A stretch of DNA of 51,012 nt. Origin: an uncultured Methanosarcinaceae archaeon. Its GTDB lineage: Archaea; Halobacteriota; Methanosarcinia; Methanosarcinales; Methanosarcinaceae. The stretch lies in the NCBI GenBank assembly GCA_963721455.1, contig CAVRJG010000070.1:1-51012 (forward strand), given 5' to 3'. Positions within the stretch are counted from its first letter, which is position 1. Each line of letters starts with the position of its first letter. Of this stretch, positions 29,857 to 39,332 are shown one piece after another. The translations under genes and the position numbers were made by a program. The notes below the pieces were generated by a model, which ran no database searches, was not told where the DNA came from, and saw only the letters and a list, made by a program, of their open reading frames with translations.

Positions 29857-30492
29857 TCATGCTGTAAACACTACATCTACCCTCTCTACATCCCACAAAG
29901 ACCCCAGCTTTTCCATAATATCTTCTTTTATCGCAGACGCAAACTGGTGATCTGCAGGCAGGTCTACAACCACTCTGACCACACCGTCTTCAACACTTGT
30001 TTTAAGAATAAGGTTCGTGCGGATGATGTCAAGGCCGGTCAGGGGGTTCATAACATGTTTGAGCCTCTGCTTGACAACCTCTTCGGTCGTAGGCTCTTTT
30101 TCAGTTACAAGCCCGTGCTTCTCTTCATAGTCCCTGATTGCAGCACGCAGGCCCTCAACTGCAAGTACGGAGCAGTGGGCTTTGATCGGAGGAAGCCCTC
30201 CAAGCTCTTCAGAAGCCTGTTTCCATGTTATTTTCTTTGCCTCATCAAGGGTCTTTCCGCGTGCAAGGTCTGTTATAACCGAGCCGGTGGCAATATTTGA
30301 AGCACAGCCGTAAGATTCGAATTTTACATCCTCAATAATCTTCGTTTCGGGATTGACCTTTATATAGACCGCGACCATATCCCCACAGGCCGGACTTCCT
30401 TCAAGGCCTTTTCCGTCAGGATTCTCTATCTTTCCCACATTGTGCGGGTTTCTGAAATGTTCCAGCACTTTTTCACTGTAAGGAAACTTCAT
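29857..30492 (-). CDS. iscU: IscU/NifU-like Fe-S scaffold with C-terminal DUF59-like extension
   Basis: YSEKVLEHF.NP.NVG, PACGD, GCAS, KAHCSVL; tail LKHVMNPLTGLDII. Confidence 0.88.
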   Translation of the reverse strand: MKFPYSEKVLEHFRNPHNVGKIENPDGKGLEGSPACGDMVAVYIKVNPETKIIEDVKFESYGCASNIATGSVITDLARGKTLDEAKKITWKQASEELGGLPPIKAHCSVLAVEGLRAAIRDYEEKHGLVTEKEPTTEEVVKQRLKHVMNPLTGLDIIRTNLILKTSVEDGVVRVVVDLPADHQFASAIKEDIMEKLGSLWDVERVDVVFTA

Positions 30493-30579
30493 AGTCTCAC
30501 CTCTCTCAGTCTCTAGCTTTCTTCTCCTGCTCTTCTTTTATCCTGCTTTCCCTTTTGCTATCTTTCCACCCTTTTCAGT

Positions 30580-31734
30580 TCATTTCCTTGCAAGGGGGCT
30601 TATTTCCCTGAGCCTTGCCACTATTTCACTCATGGCATCAATTGCCGCATCAGCGTCTTCCATACGGTTATAGCGCCCGAAGGTAAAGCGTACCGAACCA
30701 TGTGCTCTCTCATGGTCTCCTCCAATACCCCTGATAACATGGCTGGCTTCAAGGGAGCGGCTAAAACAGGCCGAACCCGTGCTCACTGCGAAACCCTTCA
30801 TGTCCATATGCAAAGTTACAGATTCGCCTTCTACGTAATGGAAAGTTAGGTTTGCATTCTGAGGCAGGCGCTTTTCCCGGCTTCCATTGAGGGTAACCTC
30901 CGAAATCTCGGAAAGGGCTTTCTCAATTACCCGATCTCTCATGGCTTCAATCCGTCTGGTTTCTTCTTCGGTTACGAGTTCAACAGCCTTTGCGAAGCCT
31001 ACGGCTCCGGGAATATTTTCTACCCCGGCCCGCAGGTTGAACTCCTGAAAACCTCCGTCCATGAATTTATTTATTGGAGTATCTTTCCGGATATAGAGAG
31101 CCCCTATTCCCCTTGGGCCGTGAATCGTGTGGGCAGATACAGTAATAAGGTCTACAGGGAGTTCCTTCACACTGAGGGGGAGCCGGGTAAAGCTATGCGT
31201 GGCATCCGTATGCAGGAGCACATCTTTTTCTTCACAGATTTCTGAGATAACCTTAAGATCCTGGACTGTTCCGATTTCCTGGTTTCCCTGCTGGATCGAG
31301 ACAAGGATCGTTTCTTTTGTAATTGCTTTCTTTAGTCCTTCGAGGTCTGCAAACCCCTCTGCGTCCACATCCAGGAAAGTTACGTCAAAGCCCTGTTTCT
31401 GGAGAGCTTTTGCCGTATTCAGCACAGGGAAATCCTCTATCTTCAAGACTATAATATGCTTGCCTTTTTTCTCCTTGAGAGCCCAGGCGACTCCTTTAAG
31501 CGCGGTGTTGCTTGATTCAGTGTCACTCGAAGTGAAGATGACCTCCTCTGAGTTTGCGCCGAGCTTTGAAGCTATGCCTTCACGGGCTCTTTCGAGTCCT
31601 TCTTTTGCGTCGATACCCATAGAATAGCCAAATTCAGATGTTGCTACTGCATAAGTATCAAAAAAATAAGGTTTCATTGCTTCAAGTACCTGCTCATCCA
31701 GTCGGGTGCATGCAGCATTGTCAAGATAAATCAT
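30580..31734 (-). CDS. iscS: IscS/NifS-like cysteine desulfurase homolog with degenerate PLP site
   Basis: IYLDNAA, LHTDA, SAHTIHGPRG (Lys replaced by Thr), STGSACFS with the catalytic Cys, SVRFTFGR. Confidence 0.85.
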   Translation of the reverse strand: MIYLDNAACTRLDEQVLEAMKPYFFDTYAVATSEFGYSMGIDAKEGLERAREGIASKLGANSEEVIFTSSDTESSNTALKGVAWALKEKKGKHIIVLKIEDFPVLNTAKALQKQGFDVTFLDVDAEGFADLEGLKKAITKETILVSIQQGNQEIGTVQDLKVISEICEEKDVLLHTDATHSFTRLPLSVKELPVDLITVSAHTIHGPRGIGALYIRKDTPINKFMDGGFQEFNLRAGVENIPGAVGFAKAVELVTEEETRRIEAMRDRVIEKALSEISEVTLNGSREKRLPQNANLTFHYVEGESVTLHMDMKGFAVSTGSACFSRSLEASHVIRGIGGDHERAHGSVRFTFGRYNRMEDADAAIDAMSEIVARLREISPLARK

Positions 31735-31952
31735 ATTCTCAAATATTCTTCTCCCTCCCCATATCAAATAATAAAATTCTAAATTTTACAGTTAAAATCT
31801 CAGAGTTCCCGGTAAATCCTGGGAATTTTTCGGATTAAAATCCTCATTATAGCTATTTAGTTGAGTCTAACAGGTTCAGAGTCGAAAACAGGTCCGATTA
31901 CGGAAAAATCCGCGTTATTGTGACAACTCTAACTCCAAAAGCTCTTCAAGAC

Positions 31953-32372
31953 TCAGATAAAGAGAGTTACATTCGCATCCCTTGCTTCTTTAATATACGA
32001 ACCCACAGCTCCCCATTCGTCGACCCATTCTGTTCGAAGTTCTTCTTTCTTTATGCCCATGATCTCCATGGTCATTTCGCAGGCTATTATTTTTCCGCCA
32101 AGTTCCTTGAAGTCGCTCATCAGCCTTTCAAGCGAAACAACATTGGCTTTGTCCATCCTTTGTTTGATCATCAGCCTGCCAAGTCCCAGCATATTCATCT
32201 TGGAAAGCGGCCCCTTTTCAAGCTCTCCCTTCTTCAAGCGCATCAGCCCCCAGAAGGTAAAGTATATGGAGGCTTCCATACCCATTGCCAGGGCTCCGTT
32301 CCCGATTATAAGTGCACTGTATACTTTGTCCATATCGCCGCTGTGCAGGACAATAACCGTCTTTCCCCCCAT
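31953..32372 (-). CDS. DsrE/DsrF/DrsH-like sulfur relay protein
   Basis: SGDMDKV, YFTFWGL, IACEMTMEIMG, VTLFI; RBS GGAGG before ATG 32372. Confidence 0.88.
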   Translation of the reverse strand: MGGKTVIVLHSGDMDKVYSALIIGNGALAMGMEASIYFTFWGLMRLKKGELEKGPLSKMNMLGLGRLMIKQRMDKANVVSLERLMSDFKELGGKIIACEMTMEIMGIKKEELRTEWVDEWGAVGSYIKEARDANVTLFI

Positions 32373-32389
32373 TTCCCCTCCTTTCCTGC

Positions 32390-32620
32390 TTATCTCCGGA
32401 TCTTTATCTCCCACTCTTTTCCATCTTCTTTATCTTTAATTTCCAGCACCTCGAGTCCCAGTGCCTCGCACGCCATAGGAATCTCTTTCTTTGATGCCGG
32501 ATGCGTACCCTTCACAATAACAAGATCCCCCGGAGAGGCTTTCTTGAATGCTTTTCTGCACTCTACCAGCGGAACCGGGCAGGTCTGCCCGCGGACATCT
32601 ATTTCCATTTCTGCCATCAT
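32390..32620 (-). CDS. tusA: TusA/SirA-family sulfur carrier
   Basis: IDVRGQTCPVP motif, 76 aa. Confidence 0.88.
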   Translation of the reverse strand: MMAEMEIDVRGQTCPVPLVECRKAFKKASPGDLVIVKGTHPASKKEIPMACEALGLEVLEIKDKEDGKEWEIKIRR

Positions 32621-32778
32621 TCTTACCCCCCAAAGTAAGAGAAACGGAAGGGTTCTGACAACAGTTCTGCCTGCTGTCTTTCCCTAAATTCATTATATTC
32701 CAAAAAATATATTATCGTTTCGTATTGAAAATACTATCTGGAAATTACCCTCTATCCTTATTCGGGACTGTTTATTTA

Positions 32779-33231
32779 TTAGAGCGCTCTCCTGATCTTT
32801 TCTGCAAGTTCTTCCAGATTGGTAGTATCAGGCTCAGTCCATACTATCGATTTTATTCCTCTCCCACCGTCTCCTTTCTTCCTGGGAATAACGTGCACAT
32901 GCACATGAGGAACTTCCTGTCCAGCAGCTTCTCTATTATTGATGCCAATATTCGACCCTTCTGCCGAAGTTGCCTTCTCAACTGCAGCGGTAATTTTTCT
33001 TGCAACTTCAAAAAGCGAGGCAACGCTTTCTGCATCCATATCCGTAAAGTTACTGATGTGTTTTTTAGGAACCACCAGAGTATGCCCTTCGCTTGCCGGG
33101 TGAACGTCAAGAAATGCAAAAACGGCATCGTCTTCATATATCTTATTTGAAGGAATTTTCCCTGCTATTATTTTGCAAAAAAGGCAGTTTTCTGTCATAG
33201 CCATATCCCCGTAGAGTTTTAGGGGATACAC
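32779..33231 (-). CDS. HIT family nucleotide hydrolase
   Basis: CLFCKI, GHTLVVPK, HVHVHVIPR. The true start is probably a few codons downstream. Confidence 0.92.
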   Translation of the reverse strand: MYPLKLYGDMAMTENCLFCKIIAGKIPSNKIYEDDAVFAFLDVHPASEGHTLVVPKKHISNFTDMDAESVASLFEVARKITAAVEKATSAEGSNIGINNREAAGQEVPHVHVHVIPRKKGDGGRGIKSIVWTEPDTTNLEELAEKIRRAL

Positions 33232-33367
33232 TTATATCAGGGTTCGGTTTCTTACTTCGTAGCAACATTTAAAAAATTACTCTCAAGTGCAAAATTTCCT
33301 TACCTGACCAAAAGAAAAATTAGTCCGCTTGAGCGAGCAGAGCGAGTGAAACGGACCCCGTGCTCCC

Positions 33368-33409
33368 GAAGCGGAACTCGGGAAGCGGAACTCGGGAAGC
33401 GGAACTCGG
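33368..33409. repeat. Three exact 14-bp tandem repeats (GAAGCGGAACTCGG) inside a GCTCCCG/CGGGAGC inverted repeat
   Basis: Read directly from the sequence; GC-rich island in an AT-rich divergent intergenic region. Confidence 0.85.
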
Positions 33410-33472
33410 GAGCGAGGTAAGTTAGCTGTAAATACTTTCTCAACTTTTACATTTATCAGGAGTGAGATTTGC

Positions 33473-33784
33473 ATGATCGGTTATATCGCAGGTGCGCTGA
33501 CAACTATAGCTTTTGCCCCGCAGCTTCTAATGGCTCTGAAAACGAAATCCACGAAAGACGTATCTCTTATGATGCTGCTTTGCTCTACTTCAGGCATGCT
33601 TCTCTGGCTGCTTCATGGTATCCTTGTGAGAGATCCTGCACTGGTAGCTGCAAACAGCATTTCCTTTGTACTTGCCTTCGCGCTTCTGGGGCTCAAACTT
33701 AAGAATGATTACACCAGTTCGATTTTTAATTTCGGCAAAAAGTTCATAGAGTTCAAAAAGAGTTCTTTTTCTCTCCGAAAGTGA
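33473..33784 (+). CDS. SemiSWEET / PQ-loop family transporter
   Basis: IGYIAGALTTIAFAPQ, KSTKDVS, LWLLHG, AN. Confidence 0.88.
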   Translation: MIGYIAGALTTIAFAPQLLMALKTKSTKDVSLMMLLCSTSGMLLWLLHGILVRDPALVAANSISFVLAFALLGLKLKNDYTSSIFNFGKKFIEFKKSSFSLRK

Positions 33785-33850
33785 AATGTTGAACGCTCAA
33801 CTATATATCCAAGAATAATTAAATTAAATTTATTATAATAACTGCGATTT

Positions 33851-34237
33851 GTGTTTACTTCAAGATTGGGGGTGGAAAGAATGGCTAGAGTCTTAGTTGG
33901 CGCACTGATAGGTATGGTCTGTACTTTAATTTGTTATTTCATTCCGGGTGTGAATGCTATAGCCCCTCTGCTGGGGGGCCTTCTGGGCGGCTATTACGCA
34001 GATGGAGGTTTTGGAGGGGGCCTTGAATCCGGGGTTCTGATGACCGTTTTTATGATTATTCCGGGTTTCCTTCTTGGAGGAATTCTTGGGTCGATACTCA
34101 GAGAGGTTCCTGTTCTTGGGGCATTCGTAGCTGCCTCTGCATTTGTAATAACGATGGTTATCGTAGCTCATACCGCCTTGATAGGTATAATTGGCTCAGT
34201 AATTGGGGCTATTCTGGCTGAAAACAGGATTTCCTGA
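33851..34237 (+). CDS. Small Gly-rich membrane protein (DUF5518-like)
   Basis: PLLGGLLGGY motif, 3-4 TM helices. The likely start is MARVLVG. Confidence 0.7.
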   Translation: MFTSRLGVERMARVLVGALIGMVCTLICYFIPGVNAIAPLLGGLLGGYYADGGFGGGLESGVLMTVFMIIPGFLLGGILGSILREVPVLGAFVAASAFVITMVIVAHTALIGIIGSVIGAILAENRIS

Positions 34238-34495
34238 CCGTCTAGTTTGAACTTTAAATTTAACGCCTGAAAAAGATCCGTTCATGGCAGAATCTTTTTG
34301 CCGGACTGATTTTTCCAGGGCTTTCAGCTAACGCATGTCTGTAATCCTGAAAAGTATCATTCTGCGGGAGCTCAGAAGAAAACATAAAAAAGTAGTGAGC
34401 CAGATGCTGGAGAGCCCGAATTGTACGGCAAAAGCTTTACTTTTCACTGCTTTGAATTCCAGCAAAATAGAGTTATGAAGAAAAAGTAAATCTTT

Positions 34496-36337
34496 TTAGA
34501 TCTTTTTCTTCAACACAAAGTATTCTACAAGGATCATGAACAGGGGCAGAGAAATTGCCATAAGTATTTTGGCCATCCCCATGGGGTTTTTGATTAGGCT
34601 GCTCCCTTCTGCGCTTCCGTTCAGAATACTCATTTTACTTTCACCGTCCCGGTTTTTCAAAGTTTCCGGGTTGTTTTTCTCATCTGCGGCAGATTCGGTT
34701 ATTGCAAAGCAGGAGAAGCCAGACGTTTCCGTTTTAAAATAAACGTAATTCTTGTCTTCTCTAACTTTGTCGGTGTAGAGAGGCTGCCAGTCTTTATCGT
34801 ACCATTGAAGAGTTATCAAGGATTGATTAATATTATTATTTTTAATCCATGCCTTTTCAACTTTGAACTCTATGAATCCATTTTTAAAAGAATCAGGAAG
34901 TCCCGCTCCTCCATCTCCTACCCAGATATTCACATGTTTATATATCCTGCCAGGAGGGAGTTTTGGGACAAAAACAGATTTATTTTTGAGTAATTCTACA
35001 ATTGTCGTTGTCCTCTTAAATGTCTTTTTTGGGTCAAATTCGATATATGTAATGCATGTGGCATTTTCCACGAAATCGAACTTGACGTGATAACCATTTA
35101 TAATGTGCCTGGTGGAAAGCTCCTTGGCATCGACATTGTTTACTGGCTCTTTAGAAGTAGTGCCGCTTCCCGCACTGCTGCGGGAGGAACCGGAACTTCC
35201 GCTTCCTCCGCTACTGCTTGAAATAGCTTCTTTAGAGACGGTTGCGGTTTTTGTGAGTTCATTATTGGTTTCATCACTTTCGGACACAACGCCTCCGGCG
35301 TCTGTCACTGCTCTTACTTCTATTTGCCCTTCATTCCCAGGAGTCCAGAAAAAAGTGCCTTCCCCGGCTTCCCCTGCTGCAAGTGCTGGTACAGATGTTA
35401 CCCCGGTGTAATTTTCATTGGTTCCGTTTATATAATACTTAATCTCGCTGCTCTCCGCTGCTGCAGGACCACTATTCGTCACTGTTACCGTAAAAGTTAT
35501 GTTCTCCCCTGGATGCGGCCCTTCTGGACTCAGAGAAATCGACTCTATTCTCAGGTCCGAAAGCGCATTTTTTACTTTTACGACTTTTGAGAATTCGTTA
35601 TTATTTTCATTATTTTCATTAACTGTCCCCCCGGAATCTACGAGCACTATTACATTCATATTTCCTCCTTTTTCAGGAGTCAGCGAAAATCCTGCATTTG
35701 TACTCGACCCTATCGAAATTTCAGGGATAGGGATTTCTCCTCCAGAAGCTCCGTTAATACTGTATTTTGCAGTACTACTATTGGCAGCTGCATCCCCCTG
35801 GTTCTTTATTTTCAGGGTAAAGTTCAAAGGCTTTCCGACTTCAGGTTGTGTCGATGATTCTGGAGATACGTCTTCAATTATCAGGTCCGGAAGCGGCCCC
35901 CCTCCAACGATCACATCAATTTTTATCGGACTGTTCTCTCCGTTTTCAATAGATGCCGTTATTGTTACAGTTCCTTCTTTGTCAGCTTTCCATATGTGAA
36001 GAATTGATCTCTCTGATCCAGGCTCAATGCTGTCGAGTGCTTCTCTTTCCTCGACTCCACCGATTGTATATATCATATTCGTTGGCTCTGAGGTTTCAGT
36101 TCCCACGTTCTTTACTAATGCAGAAATAAAGACCTCACTATTAAGTTTCGGATATTTAGAGTCAATGGAGAGTTCTTCCAATATAAGATTGGAGTTTAGT
36201 GTACTATTTGTCGAATTTCCCCCGTCTCCGAGCTGTCCATCTGCAGCAGACGTTATGCCCGGGATCATTCCAGGAATTATTAGTATTATCAATAATACCG
36301 AAATTAAAGAACTGAAAAAATGGGCTTTCATTTTCAT
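34496..36337 (-). CDS. Surface protein with CARDB repeats and PGF-pre-PGF domain
   Basis: Signal peptide, PDL...V.N.G...E.NE.NN CARDB repeats, Ser/Gly linker, VELLK..S, YKHVNIWVG, GFSCFAIT, C-terminal TM + KKK. Confidence 0.88.
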   Translation of the reverse strand: MKMKAHFFSSLISVLLIILIIPGMIPGITSAADGQLGDGGNSTNSTLNSNLILEELSIDSKYPKLNSEVFISALVKNVGTETSEPTNMIYTIGGVEEREALDSIEPGSERSILHIWKADKEGTVTITASIENGENSPIKIDVIVGGGPLPDLIIEDVSPESSTQPEVGKPLNFTLKIKNQGDAAANSSTAKYSINGASGGEIPIPEISIGSSTNAGFSLTPEKGGNMNVIVLVDSGGTVNENNENNNEFSKVVKVKNALSDLRIESISLSPEGPHPGENITFTVTVTNSGPAAAESSEIKYYINGTNENYTGVTSVPALAAGEAGEGTFFWTPGNEGQIEVRAVTDAGGVVSESDETNNELTKTATVSKEAISSSSGGSGSSGSSRSSAGSGTTSKEPVNNVDAKELSTRHIINGYHVKFDFVENATCITYIEFDPKKTFKRTTTIVELLKNKSVFVPKLPPGRIYKHVNIWVGDGGAGLPDSFKNGFIEFKVEKAWIKNNNINQSLITLQWYDKDWQPLYTDKVREDKNYVYFKTETSGFSCFAITESAADEKNNPETLKNRDGESKMSILNGSAEGSSLIKNPMGMAKILMAISLPLFMILVEYFVLKKKI

Positions 36338-36948
36338 CGGCCTCCACCACTACATCCGTAAACAAAAATGTCCGGCACGTCAGTAACTTATTGATAAATA
36401 CTCGTACAATTCATAGAAACAACATTCCCGATCTTTACTTTTCAGTGAATTTTCCAATATAGTGCTGGTCCAGAACATTTTTACTCGCTCCACGCAAAAT
36501 CCTTGCTGTATAAACTTTTAATGCTTTCTATTTAAAGTTCAACTCTCTAAATTAACATTTTTTCATAAAGTTGTCCGGTAAGGGTAAACTCTATTTAATC
36601 AAATTTTTCTTTTTATATATCCTATTTATTCCCCAGGTAAAAATCCCTGTTCTATTCCCTGTAGCCAGTCCCCTATAACGAAATTTCGGTATTTTATGCC
36701 GGTTTTCTTATTCACGCCTTCGATTTTCATGATTGAGTGATAAAAACATCTATATAAACATTTATATTTTCTCGCGATATTTTTTCTGGCTAATTTTTGA
36801 ATAAATAATCCAGAAGTGTTAAAAAATAGCAGTGAACAAATAAGATAAAAGCAATGAAAAGTGAATTATGACACGCAAATTTCAAAAAGCAACCTGTAAA
36901 TCTCAAAAAAAATAAATCTCAAAAATAAAAATAAAATGCAAGAAAAGT

Positions 36949-38121
36949 TTAAACAATCAAGTATTTTCGGTCTTTGATTTGAATTTTGCTATCTACACCA
37001 AGTATTCCGGCAATTTCGACACCCTCACTTCCTACCTCTGCAAGCTGAGTGTAAATTTCGGCCCTTGTTATATATTTTTCAGTCCTTGTTCCATCAGCTT
37101 CTTCCATTTTGATGGTTATTTCTTCTTTATTGTGTCCTTTTGCCAGGCACTCCTGAACAGTTACACCATACTGCTCGGCAATTACTTTCAGGCAATCAAA
37201 TATCTGGTTGGTGGAGACTGCATCCTCTTCGTCAAGGAGAATTTTCGAAAGGGTATAAGTGCGAATATTCGTCCTGAAATAAGCCTGGACTTTCTCCGGA
37301 ATTCTTGCCAGGTTTTCCATATCAATAAAAGCCCCAAGTTCTTTATCGGCGGTAATTTCCTTCTCATCCTCATATACGAAGTATCTGTGCTCTCCGCCTT
37401 CTATCCTGAATTTTCGGTTTGCTTTTTTGTTTTCAAGGGTTATGCGGACGTTTTTCTGGGTGTCGTATTCCAGGAAGCTTACAAGAAACTCAGAGAGGTC
37501 CTGCATTTTTATTTTTTCTTCTTTCCGCAGGATACCTGTCCGTGTCCAGCCTGGCAGGCTTAAGCTTCCAAGAAGCTTTTCTACTGTAAGGGTTTCTTCT
37601 GTAAACCCGAGTCTGTACTGATACTGCAGGCCCGAGACCCAACCTTCCATTTCTCCTGAAATACCGGTTGTAGTGCTGGAAAGTTCAAATCTTTTTTCAG
37701 CTCCGTAAACTCCCGAGATTAAAAATCTGGTAAGAACTTCAAGTATTCTCCCCTCAAATTTTTTATACTCATGAGAATTCCCGTTTTCTATTTTTGTATA
37801 CTCGGCTTCGAGGACTTCCCTTTTTTTCCCCAGGTTCTCACTGCAGGTTTGCTGGATTGCATTGGCGCAGGGTATAACATCCTCAATATCAATCTCATTT
37901 ACTAATTTTCTAAGCAATATGTCGAGCTTCTCTTCAAAATTATTCATTCCATCGATTCTACTGTTCAATTCGTTGAGTGCTTCTTTATGCTTGCACTTTA
38001 TTTCTATTATGGAATTTTCCAGAGGGATTACTCTGGAAGTTATATCTAAAAATGTTTTCAGATCCTCAATGAAATCCCGCTGCATAGGCAGTTCCGTAGA
38101 GTCCTGGTAAATATATTTCAT
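36949..38121 (-). CDS. Hypothetical protein with N-terminal coiled coil
   Basis: 390-aa Glu/Lys-rich ORF with a GGTG RBS; no family recognised. Confidence 0.75.
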   Translation of the reverse strand: MKYIYQDSTELPMQRDFIEDLKTFLDITSRVIPLENSIIEIKCKHKEALNELNSRIDGMNNFEEKLDILLRKLVNEIDIEDVIPCANAIQQTCSENLGKKREVLEAEYTKIENGNSHEYKKFEGRILEVLTRFLISGVYGAEKRFELSSTTTGISGEMEGWVSGLQYQYRLGFTEETLTVEKLLGSLSLPGWTRTGILRKEEKIKMQDLSEFLVSFLEYDTQKNVRITLENKKANRKFRIEGGEHRYFVYEDEKEITADKELGAFIDMENLARIPEKVQAYFRTNIRTYTLSKILLDEEDAVSTNQIFDCLKVIAEQYGVTVQECLAKGHNKEEITIKMEEADGTRTEKYITRAEIYTQLAEVGSEGVEIAGILGVDSKIQIKDRKYLIV

Positions 38122-38317
38122 AAAAGCACCCTGGATAGCTTAACAACCCTTCAAATATTCTATGACCTATAGCTATATAATATTTTATCAAAGGACTGCA
38201 CAAATTTTAAAAAAAAGTCTCGTTTTCTTACGCGGACATACGCCTTTCAGGATAGTTGTCAACCCATTACTTATACTTTCTTTGAAGTGGCCGGGAAGAG
38301 CCCGGCTATCTCCATAA

Positions 38318-39271
38318 TTAGAGAAGAACTTTTCGGACAGGGTCCAGAATCTCATTTATGTACTTTGCGGCTGAATTTTTCAGGTCCATAGGGTGTACGC
38401 TTTCTGCTACAAAAGCACTTTCCATCTCTGCGTAACTGGTATATGTTACATTTCCACCGAATTTTTCAGGTCTCTCGATGACAATTGTTTCGTATCTGGG
38501 GAATATGTGGTAACGGAATAGAGCCAGGATCGAATTTTCTTCAGTATCTCCTATCTTGCAGAAAGCTTTCTTAAACTTTCTGTAGATTTCTTCTTCAGTA
38601 TCGTCCACTGATATGAAATTATCCTTTGAAGAAGCCATCTTGGTTCCGTCTAATCCGAGGAGAATTGGAGTGTGAATGCAAATAGGTGTCTCGAATCCGA
38701 GGCTCTTTAAGTTTTCACGGGCAAGCATATGAATTTTCCTCTGGTCAATGCCTCCAACCGCGACATCGACTCCGAGCATGGCAATATCAACAGCCTGCAT
38801 AAGGGGATATACCATCTGGGAGACGGTCGGGTCATCCATAGCACGCCCAACTTCATCCATGCTCCTGCGTGCCCTGTTAAGAGTCACTGCCCTTGAAAGT
38901 TTGAGAACATTTAACATATACTCTGCTCCCAGCTGGTAGTCTGACCCATAAACAAAATCGGTTTCTTCTTCATCAAGCCCGAGGGCAATAAAGCAGCGTC
39001 TGTTATAATCTGCAGTCTTTCGGACCTCTTCAAGCGTGCCCTTTCTATTGAGATAAGCATGTAAGTCTGCAAGCAGGACAGTAATTTTGAATCCAGCTTT
39101 TTGCAAATCAATCAGTTTGTTTACTGTAAGAACGTGTCCCATATGGATTTTTCCGCTTGGTTCGTATCCTACATAGGCACGGGGAGCTTCTTTTTTGTTA
39201 AGAAGTTCTTCAAGTTCTCCTTCAGTTACAATTTCCTGAACATTTCTTTTTATAAGTTCGAGTCTGTCCAT
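38318..39271 (-). CDS. tyrS: Tyrosyl-tRNA synthetase (archaeal)
   Basis: YVGYEPSGKIHMGH, YPLMQ..D, GGIDQRKIHM, KMASS, HPMDLK. Confidence 0.97.
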   Translation of the reverse strand: MDRLELIKRNVQEIVTEGELEELLNKKEAPRAYVGYEPSGKIHMGHVLTVNKLIDLQKAGFKITVLLADLHAYLNRKGTLEEVRKTADYNRRCFIALGLDEEETDFVYGSDYQLGAEYMLNVLKLSRAVTLNRARRSMDEVGRAMDDPTVSQMVYPLMQAVDIAMLGVDVAVGGIDQRKIHMLARENLKSLGFETPICIHTPILLGLDGTKMASSKDNFISVDDTEEEIYRKFKKAFCKIGDTEENSILALFRYHIFPRYETIVIERPEKFGGNVTYTSYAEMESAFVAESVHPMDLKNSAAKYINEILDPVRKVLL

Positions 39272-39332
39272 TGCCTCTACATTCCTTTTCTTTTCTTATT
39301 CTCAAAAACTTAATTTCTATTAATAAGTTTCT

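Noticed and set aside
31920-32687. 255-aa plus-strand ORF and similar long antisense ORFs in the track
   Set aside because: These are shadows of well-supported genes on the opposite strand and carry no motifs.
33368-33409. Possible mini CRISPR array
   Set aside because: The repeats are 14 bp, directly adjacent with no spacers, and no cas genes are present.
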